Shown one piece after another: positions 31,016 to 40,726 of a stretch of DNA of 64,000 nt (within the stretch, counting starts at the first letter, position 1; each line of letters begins with the position of its first letter). Source of the DNA: Planctomycetota bacterium (GTDB taxonomy: Bacteria > Planctomycetota > UBA8108 > SXIK01). The notes under the pieces are model-generated. The model was given only the letters and a program-made list of their open reading frames with translations, did no database searches and was not told the origin of the DNA. The stretch is from contig CBDCXR010000004.1 of the NCBI GenBank assembly GCA_965223845.1, positions 1,472,001 to 1,536,000 of the forward strand. Reading direction: 5' to 3'. The position numbers and the translations under genes are program-made.

Positions 31016-33104
31016 TCGCGCCTCCGCTGAAGATCTTCGCCTGCTCCTCGCGTCGCTTCTGGTCCATCTTCTCGCGCTCTTCCTTCGCCTTCGCGGCGCT
31101 CAGACGATACATGCTGCGCGGTTGGTTCTGCTCGCCGTCGTCGCCGGAGTCCTGATTCTGGTCCGCTCCGGACTGATTCGGATCCGACTGCGAGGAGTCC
31201 GGCTGTTGCGGTTGATTTTGCTCGTCTTCGCCCTCGTTCTGATCCTCGCCGCGAAGGATTTTGAGAGCTTCCGTTAGGTGCGCGAGATCGCGATCGATCG
31301 CGGCGACCGTATCGGGAAAGATGCTCCGCCGGAGAGCCTCGGCCGACGAAAAAATCTCCCGCTCGCCGGAGCGCACTTCCGCGGCGGCTCGCGTCGCGCG
31401 CTCGTCGCCTTCGCGCGTCTCGAGCTCGGACGCGATCTCTCCGGCGCGGACGCCGTCGCGGCCTTGACTCTCGACGAGCGCTCCGGCGGGTCCGGCGCGC
31501 TCGTCCTCCGCGAGCGATTCGAGTGAGCTCGCCGCGGTGCGCGCTTCGTGCTGCTTTCCGATGAGCTCGGCGAGCTGTTCCTCGACAGTCTTCGGCCGCT
31601 GCGGGAGGAGGTCGCGCGCACGCTCGAGGGCCGCGAGAGCACTACGTCCGCGCTCCGCCGCCGCGGCGAGCGCGACGGCGCGCAGCTCGCGACTTGCCGC
31701 CTGCGCCGACTCGAGCGCGGACGTGCCCTCACGCCGGAGCGCCTCGCTCAGCTCGCGCGCCTCGGCCTCGTCGAGAGGCGGCGGCGCGTTCGGCCCGGGA
31801 GGCGGTCCGCCTTCCGGTTGAGGAGGAGTGGGGGGGATTTCGACCTGAGTGAGAATCGTGCTGATCCACACGACCTCCTCTTCCTCATCGGCGAGCGCCT
31901 CGGCTTCGTCGACCGGCTTCGGAGTGAGGAACTTCGCGATGGGGCTCAAGACCTTGCTCTTCAGCGCGTCGAGAACCATCTCTCCGACTCCGATCGGCGT
32001 GTTCCCGGCGGCTGCGTTGGGGGTCTTTCCGTCGAGTGCCTCAGTCGCGGCCAGGACGCTTTCCTGCGTCGCGACCCCCTCGGCGATGAGCTGCGGAATC
32101 TCGAGCGGAAACGCGAGTGCGGCCTCCCGCAGCGCGCGGATCGCCGTCGTGTGACTCTCGGTCGCCCGCTTCGCGTCGAGCTTCCCGTAGTCGATCTCCG
32201 CGCCTTTCATGGCGTCGATCGCTTTCGTGAGCGCCGCGGCGGCGCCGGCTAGACGCTGGCGCTCCTCCTCGGCGGGCGGCGGCTGGTCGTCCGTGCTCTC
32301 CGGCTCCTTCGAGACGTGGTGGTGGAGAAGTTCGGCGAGGCGCCGATTCTCCGCCGTCGATTTGCGCAGTCGCCGGCAGGGAAGGCGACGCCGGCGCTGG
32401 GGTTCCGACGCGAGACTACGGCTGAACATGCGGTGACCGCGTTCGGTCGCGATCAGTTTTCGAATGAGCTGCGCCGGCTCGTCGAGGAGTGCGTTTTCCT
32501 CCGCTCGTCGTTTCTCCTCCTCGAGACGCGCGAGCTGATCGAGCGCGGAGCGAAGAGCCGTCTTCGCGACGACGATGTTCTTCGTCGCGGCGTCCGTCGG
32601 AGGGGTGATGCGACGGAAGAACTCGAGGCTCGAGCGGTAGCTGCGCACCGACTCCGTGAGACGCTCGATCTTCTCGTCGATCGTCTCGAGTTCGCCGACC
32701 GTTTGGACGACGGTGCGCGCCTTTTCGAAGTGGGCCCAGCCGAGATTGTAGAGACTCGACGCGCGAAGCTCGCCGGTGGCGCGCGCGGAGACATCCTCGA
32801 AGCGTTCGATCGCCGTATCGAGAACGCCTTTTCGTATCCAGCTCACTCCGGCGTTGAATCGTCGGGTGAGTCGATCCTCTTCACTCGCCTCGTTCTCGTA
32901 CGCTGCGATCGCGCGATCGAAGTCTTCGGTCTCAAACGCCGCGTTTCCCACGCGGAGGTCGCTCTCCGCCGCGATCGCAGACGGAGCGAGGACGAAGAGA
33001 CCGACGGCGCCTGCGATCACGCGCCACGCCCGAGTTTGCGTGCGCCGGAAGCGATTCACACAGGTAGAGTCGGCCGGATCCTCGGCGTTTCGGAGTGCTC
33101 TCAT
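30990..33104 (-). CDS. Extended BatC-like TPR / coiled-coil protein
   Basis: TPRs (FNAGVS, YNLGWAHF), long helical region, Q/D/N-rich linker and terminal VEKDW typical of BatC. Start uncertain (33104 or GTG 33146). Confidence 0.7.
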   Translation of the reverse strand: MRALRNAEDPADSTCVNRFRRTQTRAWRVIAGAVGLFVLAPSAIAAESDLRVGNAAFETEDFDRAIAAYENEASEEDRLTRRFNAGVSWIRKGVLDTAIERFEDVSARATGELRASSLYNLGWAHFEKARTVVQTVGELETIDEKIERLTESVRSYRSSLEFFRRITPPTDAATKNIVVAKTALRSALDQLARLEEEKRRAEENALLDEPAQLIRKLIATERGHRMFSRSLASEPQRRRRLPCRRLRKSTAENRRLAELLHHHVSKEPESTDDQPPPAEEERQRLAGAAAALTKAIDAMKGAEIDYGKLDAKRATESHTTAIRALREAALAFPLEIPQLIAEGVATQESVLAATEALDGKTPNAAAGNTPIGVGEMVLDALKSKVLSPIAKFLTPKPVDEAEALADEEEEVVWISTILTQVEIPPTPPQPEGGPPPGPNAPPPLDEAEARELSEALRREGTSALESAQAASRELRAVALAAAAERGRSALAALERARDLLPQRPKTVEEQLAELIGKQHEARTAASSLESLAEDERAGPAGALVESQGRDGVRAGEIASELETREGDERATRAAAEVRSGEREIFSSAEALRRSIFPDTVAAIDRDLAHLTEALKILRGEDQNEGEDEQNQPQQPDSSQSDPNQSGADQNQDSGDDGEQNQPRSMYRLSAAKAKEEREKMDQKRREEQAKIFSGGASVTVEKDW

Positions 33105-33142
33105 CGGTCTTGGGATTCTGTTTTCGGGCCGGGTTTCTACCC

Positions 33143-34267
33143 TCACTCTACCGTCTCGAGTGCGAGCTGTCCGCCCCGCGGGCGTTCGCGGACGAGAAGA
33201 TAGAGAGCGTAGAAGAAGAGTCCACCAAGCACGAACGGTTGATAGATCTCGGTCCAATAGATTTGGGTCTCGACGGTGTCGCGGCGGGAGTCTTTCGCGA
33301 TGGTTTGCTCGTAAAAGTCGGCGAGGTCGAAGTTCTGAGTTCCGACCGGGAGGAATGCTCCCCGCGGCGCCGTATTCGTCATCTCGAGCAGCGTTTTCGT
33401 GTCGAGACGCGTACGTACGATGTCACCGTCGCGATTCTTCAAGAATTCCACCTCACCGCTCGGGCCGGCGATGGGAATCGGCGAACCTCCCTCGGCGCCG
33501 AGCCCGACCGTGTAGATCCCGATGTTGAGGTGCGCGGCCCGTCGCGCGGCGTAGAGCGGCTCGGAGGCGTGATCCTCACCGTCGGTGATGAGAAGGATGT
33601 CGGCGTAGGTTTCCTTTCGTCCCTTGAGTTCCTCGTCGAGCACCGTTCGTCCGACCGCGCCGTCCTTGTCGTCTTCTTCGATGAGGGTTTCCCCTTCGAT
33701 GTGGAGGAGGTCGTCGAGCGCCTTTCGGATCGCGTCGCCGATGTGGGTGCCGCCTTCGGACGCGCTCGCGGTCGAGAGATTCCGAACCGTCGTCCGAAAG
33801 TACGAGAGGTTTCGTGTGAGCGGGCACACGATCTCGGCATTTCCCGCGAAGGCGATCAGCCCGACTCGATCACCGCGAAGGCGGTCGGCGAGGCGAAGCA
33901 GTTCCTCTTTGGCGCGCTCGAGGCGGCTCGGCTGGAGGTCCTGCGCGAGCATCGAGCGCGAGACGTCGATGAGAATCGCGATGTCGCGGGACGATCTCTT
34001 GATCGACTGCTTCTCGGGATTACAGCGGGGCTGCATCGCTGCCGTCGCAAAGAACGCGAGACTGACGGCGAGAAGAACGCCGCGAGCTCGCCTCCGGCCG
34101 CGAACCGACGCGAGCCAGCGGTCGGCGTTGCCGCCACCGATCCCAAACCGGCGGACCGTCCGCGCGCGACTCGCGATACCCCAGAGGACGAGAAGAAGCG
34201 CCGCCGGCGCGCTCCAGAGGAGGTGCACCCAGGGGTGGAGATGGGCGAACTCGAACTCTTCGATCAT
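33143..34267 (-). CDS. BatB-like vWA domain protein
   Basis: N-terminal BatA-type TM, MIDAS DVSRSMLAQD…SRLERAK, GDRVGLIAFAG, LITDGED. Confidence 0.9.
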   Translation of the reverse strand: MIEEFEFAHLHPWVHLLWSAPAALLLVLWGIASRARTVRRFGIGGGNADRWLASVRGRRRARGVLLAVSLAFFATAAMQPRCNPEKQSIKRSSRDIAILIDVSRSMLAQDLQPSRLERAKEELLRLADRLRGDRVGLIAFAGNAEIVCPLTRNLSYFRTTVRNLSTASASEGGTHIGDAIRKALDDLLHIEGETLIEEDDKDGAVGRTVLDEELKGRKETYADILLITDGEDHASEPLYAARRAAHLNIGIYTVGLGAEGGSPIPIAGPSGEVEFLKNRDGDIVRTRLDTKTLLEMTNTAPRGAFLPVGTQNFDLADFYEQTIAKDSRRDTVETQIYWTEIYQPFVLGGLFFYALYLLVRERPRGGQLALETVE

Positions 34268-34308
34268 CGCAGTTCGGAAGAAATCGTCTTAGACATCGTT
34301 CTCGCCGG

Positions 34309-35469
34309 TCAGGGAGAGCGCCGGAGCAAAGTCTCTCCGAGGACGAGAGCAGCGATCGCGCAGCCTAGCGCGGGCAGAAGAAAGAACCGAAATTTCTCTT
34401 CGTAGCTCAGGAACTCGATCGTTCCGATCTCCGACTTTTCGAGGGTGTTGATCTCCTCGTAGACGCTGCGCAGCTCGTCGCCGCTGCCGGCGACGAATGC
34501 CCTTCCCTTCGTCAGCTGGGCGATCTCGCGCGGAACGGCCAGCACTTCGTCGCGATCGAGCTCCCGCTTGACCTGGCGGCCAGTGATCGTCGGGACGTAC
34601 TCCACTAGGTCGTGAAACACGATGTAGTAGATCCGGATGTCGTTTTCGGCGGCGTAGCGCGCGGCTTCGACGGGATCCATCCCCGCGTTGTTTTGTCCGT
34701 CGGTGAGGAGAATGATCACCTTGCCGTTGATTTCGTATCCCGTGGTCGAATCGTCCGCGTCCTCGGAATCTTCCGCAACGGCGGCGAGGTCTTCCTCGGC
34801 GGACACGAGCGAGAGCACGGCGCGGTAGATCGCATCGCCGATCGCGGTCCCGTCGAGCGGGTTCGCTTTGACGTGACTCCGCCTCGCTTGATGCTCGCGG
34901 AGCTGCTCGAGCGTGAGGGGCTGGTCGTAGCGATTGAGCGCCGGCGCGACCGTGCGCAGATTTGCCACCGCGGTGACGAGCGGCTCGTGTTGGGAAACGA
35001 GCGGACAGTTTTCCTCGGTGTAGCGAGCGAAGGTCGTCAGGCCGATGAGATCTGTCGTTCTGCCTTCGAGTCCCTCCCCGCCGGAAACGAACCGCGCGAA
35101 GACGTCCTTGAGGATCTCGATTCGAGGTCGTTCTCGACTGCGATGGCGCATCGGCTTCTGCATCGTAGAGGAACGATCGACGACCATCTGGATCGCAATC
35201 CCCTGGCTCTTGACCACCGTGTGCTCCTCGCCGAGACGCGGACGAGCCGCGGCGCCGAGGAAACCGATGATCGCGAGCGCCTGGAGGAGCGGAATCAAGA
35301 ACTGCGCTCGCTGGCGGAGCGTCGGCCGAAGTCCGCGCAGGCGCGCGACCGTGGGAAACACGATGGCGGGAGAAAATCGCTTTCTGCGCTGCCATGCGAC
35401 CAGGACCAGCGCCGGTAGGGCGAGCAGCAGGACCCAAGGATGATGAAACTCGAAGCCGTCAGGCCACAT
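34309..35469 (-). CDS. BatA-like vWA domain protein
   Basis: FHHPWVLLL, AARPR, MIDAS-like DRSSTM, DLIGLTTFA, GTAIGDAI, LLTDGQNN, C-terminal TM. Confidence 0.9.
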   Translation of the reverse strand: MWPDGFEFHHPWVLLLALPALVLVAWQRRKRFSPAIVFPTVARLRGLRPTLRQRAQFLIPLLQALAIIGFLGAAARPRLGEEHTVVKSQGIAIQMVVDRSSTMQKPMRHRSRERPRIEILKDVFARFVSGGEGLEGRTTDLIGLTTFARYTEENCPLVSQHEPLVTAVANLRTVAPALNRYDQPLTLEQLREHQARRSHVKANPLDGTAIGDAIYRAVLSLVSAEEDLAAVAEDSEDADDSTTGYEINGKVIILLTDGQNNAGMDPVEAARYAAENDIRIYYIVFHDLVEYVPTITGRQVKRELDRDEVLAVPREIAQLTKGRAFVAGSGDELRSVYEEINTLEKSEIGTIEFLSYEEKFRFFLLPALGCAIAALVLGETLLRRSP

Positions 35470-36541
35470 CCGCTTCGTCCTTCGTCTCGGCGAGAAACTC
35501 TTTCACGCTGTTGAACGCGCCTTGGATGGCGACTTCGTCCGGCTCGAAGCGGGCGAACTTGACCCGGTCAGAGAGGGAGAGGAATTCGGCTAGGCGATCG
35601 CGCGCGTCGCGGAGCGATGGATGGCGCGTCGCTTCGACGAGAAACTCTTCGGTCGTGCGTTCGGGGGCGTGCACGGAGAATCGGCTCTCGATGAACTCGC
35701 GAAGGACGCTCGAGAGGTGGACGAAGAAGAGTTCGATCGCGCCCTTTTCGACGAGTCCGAGCTGGACGAGTCGCCGGAGCGCGTCGTATGCAACCTCGTG
35801 AGGGGAGGCCCGCTTCACTGCGGCGGGCGAGCGGCGTCGCCGGAAGACCGCGATGGCGGCGGCGAGCACGACGACGCCGGCTGCCACGGCCCAAATCCAT
35901 GTGCGCGATTCCGGTTCGGCGGGCGGCGCGGGATAGATGCTCCGGAGCGGCTCCAGGCGAAGCGCGCTCGGGTCCTCGGGAGTCTCGATGCGGATCGCGA
36001 TCGGCTCGGTGAGAAACGAGTTCTCTTCCGCCGCTTCTTCGCGATGGAAATAAATCGCAAACGGCGCGATTGCGAGCTCGCCGCTCTGCTCGGGCTCGAG
36101 CGTGAGGCGCTTTCGCTGTGGCGTCGCTCGAGGGGGAGAGCTCACCCCGGATTCGGTTTCGGACGCCCCGTCGATACCCATCGCCGGGGACGAAAGCGCC
36201 GGATAGGTGATGTCGATCACCGAAAAGCCTTCGAAGTCCTCGGGCAGGAACTCGGGGAACTCGACCACGTATCCCGGCTCGGCCCGGAGCTCTTGCTCGA
36301 GAACGAATTCATCGGCGAGCGTCCCTTCCACGCGGTCGACTCGTAGGACGAAGGAGACTGGACCCTGGGAAAACTCCTTTTCGTACGCCCACCGCGGATT
36401 CGCCGCGCCTTGCGATGGATCGGACTCGCTGCCGCTGCCGTCGCACGAAGTGGCGAAGAGCGCACCCGCGATCGCCGCGAAGCTGAGCGCCCGCGGGATG
36501 CTCGACGACGAAACGCAAGAGAGTCGAGTGCCGATCTCCAC
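35459..36541 (-). CDS. Bat-operon membrane-anchored protein (DUF4381-like, possible lipoprotein)
   Basis: Lipobox-like FATSC, single TM, then PHEVAYDAL…LREFIESRF…ERTTEEFL…DRVKFA, typical of genes in moxR/DUF58/batA operons. Confidence 0.7.
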   Translation of the reverse strand: MEIGTRLSCVSSSSIPRALSFAAIAGALFATSCDGSGSESDPSQGAANPRWAYEKEFSQGPVSFVLRVDRVEGTLADEFVLEQELRAEPGYVVEFPEFLPEDFEGFSVIDITYPALSSPAMGIDGASETESGVSSPPRATPQRKRLTLEPEQSGELAIAPFAIYFHREEAAEENSFLTEPIAIRIETPEDPSALRLEPLRSIYPAPPAEPESRTWIWAVAAGVVVLAAAIAVFRRRRSPAAVKRASPHEVAYDALRRLVQLGLVEKGAIELFFVHLSSVLREFIESRFSVHAPERTTEEFLVEATRHPSLRDARDRLAEFLSLSDRVKFARFEPDEVAIQGAFNSVKEFLAETKDEADVA

Positions 36542-36547
36542 GCCGCG

Positions 36548-37948
36548 CTACCTCGTTCGATCGTCGGGAGGCTGGATCGTCTTCGGCGCCGGTGCCGAGG
36601 AAGGCGCGCCACCCCCGGATGAGTTCGCCGGAGCGGGAGAGCCCTCCGCGGAAGCCGGGTTCTCGCTCTCTTCGGAGATCGTGACGAAGAACTTCTGACG
36701 GAGGTACTCTTCGAGCTCGCGGACGGCCTCACCTTGCTTCGCGCGGAGGAGGTCGACCTCGACTCGCCGGGCGGCGGCCTCGAATTCGAGCGGGCGCTCC
36801 GGGGTTTTTCGGTCGACGCGAAAGAGATACGCCGCACCACCGTGGACGAGCGGGCGATCGCTCGTCTCGCCTTCGGCGAGCGCGAAGAGGTGAGCGCTGA
36901 TCTCGCCGCTCTGTCCGATCCCGGGGACCGGCGCTCCGGCTGTCGCCGGCTCGGGCGAGGCTTGCCAATCGATCGAATCGCCGCCGACGGCCGCCGCAGC
37001 GGCGTCTTCCGAGGGAAAGCGAGCGAGTGAGAATTTCACGCTCGCGGGTTCGACGAAACGGTCGCGGTGCGCCTCGAAATGATTGAGTAGATCCGTCTCC
37101 CCGACGCTCGCTGCGACCCGCGCGAGCTCCTCAGCGACGACTTGGCTCGCGATGGCATCGCGGCGAAACTTCTCGACTCGCTCCGCGAGGGACCGATCCT
37201 GCTCGAAACCGCGCGCGAGTCCTTCGCGATAGAGGACTTCGCGCTGAATCAGTTGACCGAGGGCCGCGCGCGAGCGCTCGGGGTCGGCGAGGTGCCCATC
37301 GGCGATCTTGGCGGCCTCGGCATTCAACTGGGCGGGGGAGAGGCCGATCGCTTGAGCGCGCAATGCTTCGCGGGCGGCATCGAGGATCTCGGCGCGGAGG
37401 TCCTCGCGGGTGATCTCGTCGCCCCCGACGACCGCGATGCCCACTCCCCGCTCCTCGGATCCTGGGACGGCGAAGGTTTTCGCCACGTGCTCGCGCGCGG
37501 CCTCTTTGCCGAGCGCCGAGAGGCACTCGAGAAGATGTTGGCGAGCGCGCCGCTTGAGGTCCTTCGAAACGCCGAGATCCTGCACCTCGCTGAAACCGCG
37601 CGCCGCTGCGTCGTATTCGCCCGCGCGATGGAGGCACTTCGCACGCCGGTAGACGAGTTCGCCGAGGTCGGCCCCCGTCGGGCGACGCCGCGCGATGAGC
37701 TCCGCCCAGACGTCCGCCGCGCCGCGGTAGAGCGTTCGCTTCTCGAGCGTCGTGCCGAGACGCTCGAGTCGCTCGACGTCCGACGAGTCGGTAACTCCAG
37801 GTTCCGATCGCGAGTCCGCCGAGAAACGATCGAGCGCGAGCAACGCAACCGCGCTCAATGCACAAAGGAAGGTGAGCCACGCAACGATCGAGGCGCGGCG
37901 CTTCGGGGGTGGTGCCTCGGGGAGGCTGAGGTCGAGAGAGCTCTTCAT
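36548..37948 (-). CDS. TPR + SurA/PpiC-type peptidyl-prolyl isomerase-like protein
   Basis: N-terminal TM anchor and TPRs; SurA-like VAVVGGDEITREDL…LIQREVLYREG; rotamase-like HRDRFVEPASV…LFALAEGETS…LFRV. Confidence 0.7.
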   Translation of the reverse strand: MKSSLDLSLPEAPPPKRRASIVAWLTFLCALSAVALLALDRFSADSRSEPGVTDSSDVERLERLGTTLEKRTLYRGAADVWAELIARRRPTGADLGELVYRRAKCLHRAGEYDAAARGFSEVQDLGVSKDLKRRARQHLLECLSALGKEAAREHVAKTFAVPGSEERGVGIAVVGGDEITREDLRAEILDAAREALRAQAIGLSPAQLNAEAAKIADGHLADPERSRAALGQLIQREVLYREGLARGFEQDRSLAERVEKFRRDAIASQVVAEELARVAASVGETDLLNHFEAHRDRFVEPASVKFSLARFPSEDAAAAAVGGDSIDWQASPEPATAGAPVPGIGQSGEISAHLFALAEGETSDRPLVHGGAAYLFRVDRKTPERPLEFEAAARRVEVDLLRAKQGEAVRELEEYLRQKFFVTISEESENPASAEGSPAPANSSGGGAPSSAPAPKTIQPPDDRTR

Positions 37949-37973
37949 CGGAATCGAAGCTCCAGGTGGTGGG

Positions 37974-38855
37974 TCACCGGAACATCTTTTTTTCGCGCAT
38001 GCGGAAGAAGTTCGACAGTTCCTGGACGTAGTCTTTGCCGGTCGTGATCTCCAGCTCGTCGATCTTGAGCGAGCGCAGGAGATCGTTTTGCGTCGAGCGG
38101 TCCGCGCGGGCGCGATCCTCGAACACATCGCGAATCCGCGCGCTTCGAGAGTCGACGACGACGATCTCCCCGGTCTCCGCGTCCTCGAAGGTCATGAGCC
38201 CGACATCCGGGAGGGTCGACTCGCGTGGATCGCTCGTCCGGACGGCGATCACGTCGTGCTTTCCTTTGACTGCCGCGAGCGCGCGCTCGAAGTTCTCTGC
38301 GATGAAGTCGGAAATGATAAACACGGTCGCACGGCGGCGCTGGACACGCGCTAGAAACCGAAGCGCCTCCTCGACATTTGTCCCGCGCGACTTCGGCTGA
38401 AAGGTGAGGAGCTCGCGGACGACGCGGAGGACGTGCCGGCGCCCTTTCTTCGGCGGGATGTACTTCTCGACTTCGTCGGTGAAGAAGATCGTGCCGACCT
38501 TGTCGCCGTTTCGAATCGCGGAGAAGGAGATCACCGCGCTGAACTCTGCGGCGAGCTCGACTTTGAGTTGAGATCCGCTCCCGAATCTCTCCGATGGGCT
38601 GACGTCGACCATGGTGATCACCGTCAACTCGCGTTCTTCGCGATACGTCTTGACGAACGGCTGACCCGCGCGCGCGGTGACGTTCCAGTCGATCGTCCGC
38701 ACTTCGTCACCCGGTTGATACTCTCGTACTTCTTCGAACTCCATTCCGCGGCCGCGGAACGCGGAGTTGTACTCGCCGCCGAGAACGCTGTCGACGACGC
38801 GGTTCGTCCGGATCTCGATCTGGCGAACCTTCTGGAGGATTTCGCGCGGGATCAT
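37974..38855 (-). CDS. DUF58 domain protein
   Basis: GRGMEFEEVREYQPGDEVRTIDWNVTAR, DVSPS, IISDF. Confidence 0.93.
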   Translation of the reverse strand: MIPREILQKVRQIEIRTNRVVDSVLGGEYNSAFRGRGMEFEEVREYQPGDEVRTIDWNVTARAGQPFVKTYREERELTVITMVDVSPSERFGSGSQLKVELAAEFSAVISFSAIRNGDKVGTIFFTDEVEKYIPPKKGRRHVLRVVRELLTFQPKSRGTNVEEALRFLARVQRRRATVFIISDFIAENFERALAAVKGKHDVIAVRTSDPRESTLPDVGLMTFEDAETGEIVVVDSRSARIRDVFEDRARADRSTQNDLLRSLKIDELEITTGKDYVQELSNFFRMREKKMFR

Positions 38856-39847
38856 GGCACGCGGACGCCGTCGAGGATCTTCGCGACGACGTCGTCGGTG
38901 GTGAGCTCCTCGGCTTCGGCTTCGTACGTGAGGACGAGTCGATGGCGCAAGATGTTGAGCGCGACGTCCTTGATGTCCTGCGGAGTGACGTACGGCCGTC
39001 CTTCGATGAAGGCGTTGCTCTTCGCCGCGATCACGAGGGCGAGCGTCGCACGAGGAGAGGCGCCGTAGTCGATCAAGTTATCGAGATCGTCGAGACCGTT
39101 ATCGCTCGGATAGCGCGTCGCCTGCACGATCGCGACGATGTAGTCCTTGATCTTGTCGTCGACGTAGATTTCGTCGACCGTCTGCCGAACGCGGAGGAGC
39201 TCTTCGGGCGTGATCACCGGCTCGATCGGCGTCTCCTGCCAGCGATTCGAGCCCATGCGATCGAGGATCTGCCGCTCATCCTCCTTGCTCGGATACGACA
39301 CCTTGACCTTGAAGAGGAACCGGTCGACCTGCGCCTCGGGGAGAGGATAGGTGCCCTCCTGCTCGATCGGATTTTGGGTCGCGAGGACAAGGAAGAGCTC
39401 GGGGAGCGGAAACGTCGACTCGCCGATCGTGACTTGGTGCTCCTGCATCGCCTCGAGGAGCGCGCTCTGCACCTTCGCCGGCGAACGGTTGATCTCGTCG
39501 GCGAGGATGATATTCGCGAAGACCGGACCCTTCCGGGTCGTGAACTCGCCGGACGCTGGGTTGTAGATCATCGTTCCGACGAGGTCCGCCGGCAGGAGGT
39601 CCGGGGTAAACTGGATGCGCCGAAACTCCGCGTCGATCGATGCCGCGAGGGAGCTCACCGAGAGCGTCTTGGCGAGGCCGGGAACTCCCTCGAGGAGCAC
39701 GTGGCCACCGGAGAGGAGACCGTTGACGAGTGCCCGCACAAGCCCCTGCTGGCCGACGATCCGCTGTCCGATCTGGCCGAACAACTTCTCGACGAAGGCG
39801 CTCTCGGCTTCCACCCGCGCTCCGATCTGCTTCACATCCACTGACAT
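38852..39847 (-). CDS. MoxR-family AAA+ ATPase
   Basis: LLEGVPGLAKT, RIQFTPDLLPAD, LADEINR, ATQNPIEQEGTYPLPEAQVDRF, GASPRA. Start ATG 39847. Confidence 0.96.
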   Translation of the reverse strand: MSVDVKQIGARVEAESAFVEKLFGQIGQRIVGQQGLVRALVNGLLSGGHVLLEGVPGLAKTLSVSSLAASIDAEFRRIQFTPDLLPADLVGTMIYNPASGEFTTRKGPVFANIILADEINRSPAKVQSALLEAMQEHQVTIGESTFPLPELFLVLATQNPIEQEGTYPLPEAQVDRFLFKVKVSYPSKEDERQILDRMGSNRWQETPIEPVITPEELLRVRQTVDEIYVDDKIKDYIVAIVQATRYPSDNGLDDLDNLIDYGASPRATLALVIAAKSNAFIEGRPYVTPQDIKDVALNILRHRLVLTYEAEAEELTTDDVVAKILDGVRVP

Positions 39848-40193
39848 TCGCGACTCCTTGTCCTCTCGGCCCCGGCGAACCTCGAGCATCCCAGTTCCTG
39901 GCGAGCCTCCCAGCCGGGGGTCAGGGGATGGAGATGCACGGGGACGGCACGATTCGCAGGCTTTCTTCGGACGGACCCGCCGGACGGGGGGATCGGTCGA
40001 GGTCCCGATCCGAAGGCAGAGACTCCGGCCCCTCCGGAACCGCGCGATCGGCTCTCGGGGCTCGGCGCCGCGGAGGCGAGGACGCCTCGGTGATGCCATC
40101 GCGGTGGCCGCCGCGGCGAGGACGCGGCGCGAAAGCCGACGCGAGACGGCGGATTCGTGGGCTTCGAATCAGCGCGACGCGCTCGTGGGGAGC

Positions 40194-40637
40194 CTAGTAA
40201 TCGTACGTGAGCTCGTACACGTCCTGCGGATTCTCGATCGAGAGCAGCCGCTCCCGGTTGTCCTTGAGGAACGCCGTCACTCGCGAGAGGACTTTCAAGT
40301 ACTCCTCTTGGCGAGAATCGGGTCCGAGGATCATGACGAGGACGTGCACCGGCTTGTCGTCGAGCGAATCGAAGGCGACGCCGGCAGAGTGGATGCCGAG
40401 CGAGACAACGAATTCCTGGATCGAGGGCAGCTTGGCGTGCGGAATCGCAAGGCCGAGTCCGAAGCCCGTCGAGAGGAGCTTCTCCCGCTCGAGGATGGCG
40501 TGGAACACGTCCTCGGCGAGTCCGATCGACGCGGTCTCAGCCAGTCTGTCGACCATGCGACGAAGACACTCCGACTTCGTCTCCGCTTCGAGCCAGAGAA
40601 TACGGTCGGGAGTGAGGAGGCGGGAGAGTGACTTCAT
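40194..40637 (-). CDS. PTS EIIA (PtsN/fructose-type) protein
   Basis: EREKLLSTGFGLGLAIPHAK with intact phospho-His; GVAFDSLDDKPVH. Confidence 0.9.
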   Translation of the reverse strand: MKSLSRLLTPDRILWLEAETKSECLRRMVDRLAETASIGLAEDVFHAILEREKLLSTGFGLGLAIPHAKLPSIQEFVVSLGIHSAGVAFDSLDDKPVHVLVMILGPDSRQEEYLKVLSRVTAFLKDNRERLLSIENPQDVYELTYDY

Positions 40638-40726
40638 CGCGGGGTATTCCCGGGAATCTGCGGGCGAGAGTGACAACGGGGACACGCCGAGAGCGAGAAC
40701 GAACGGCGCTCAGCACGCGCAGAGAC

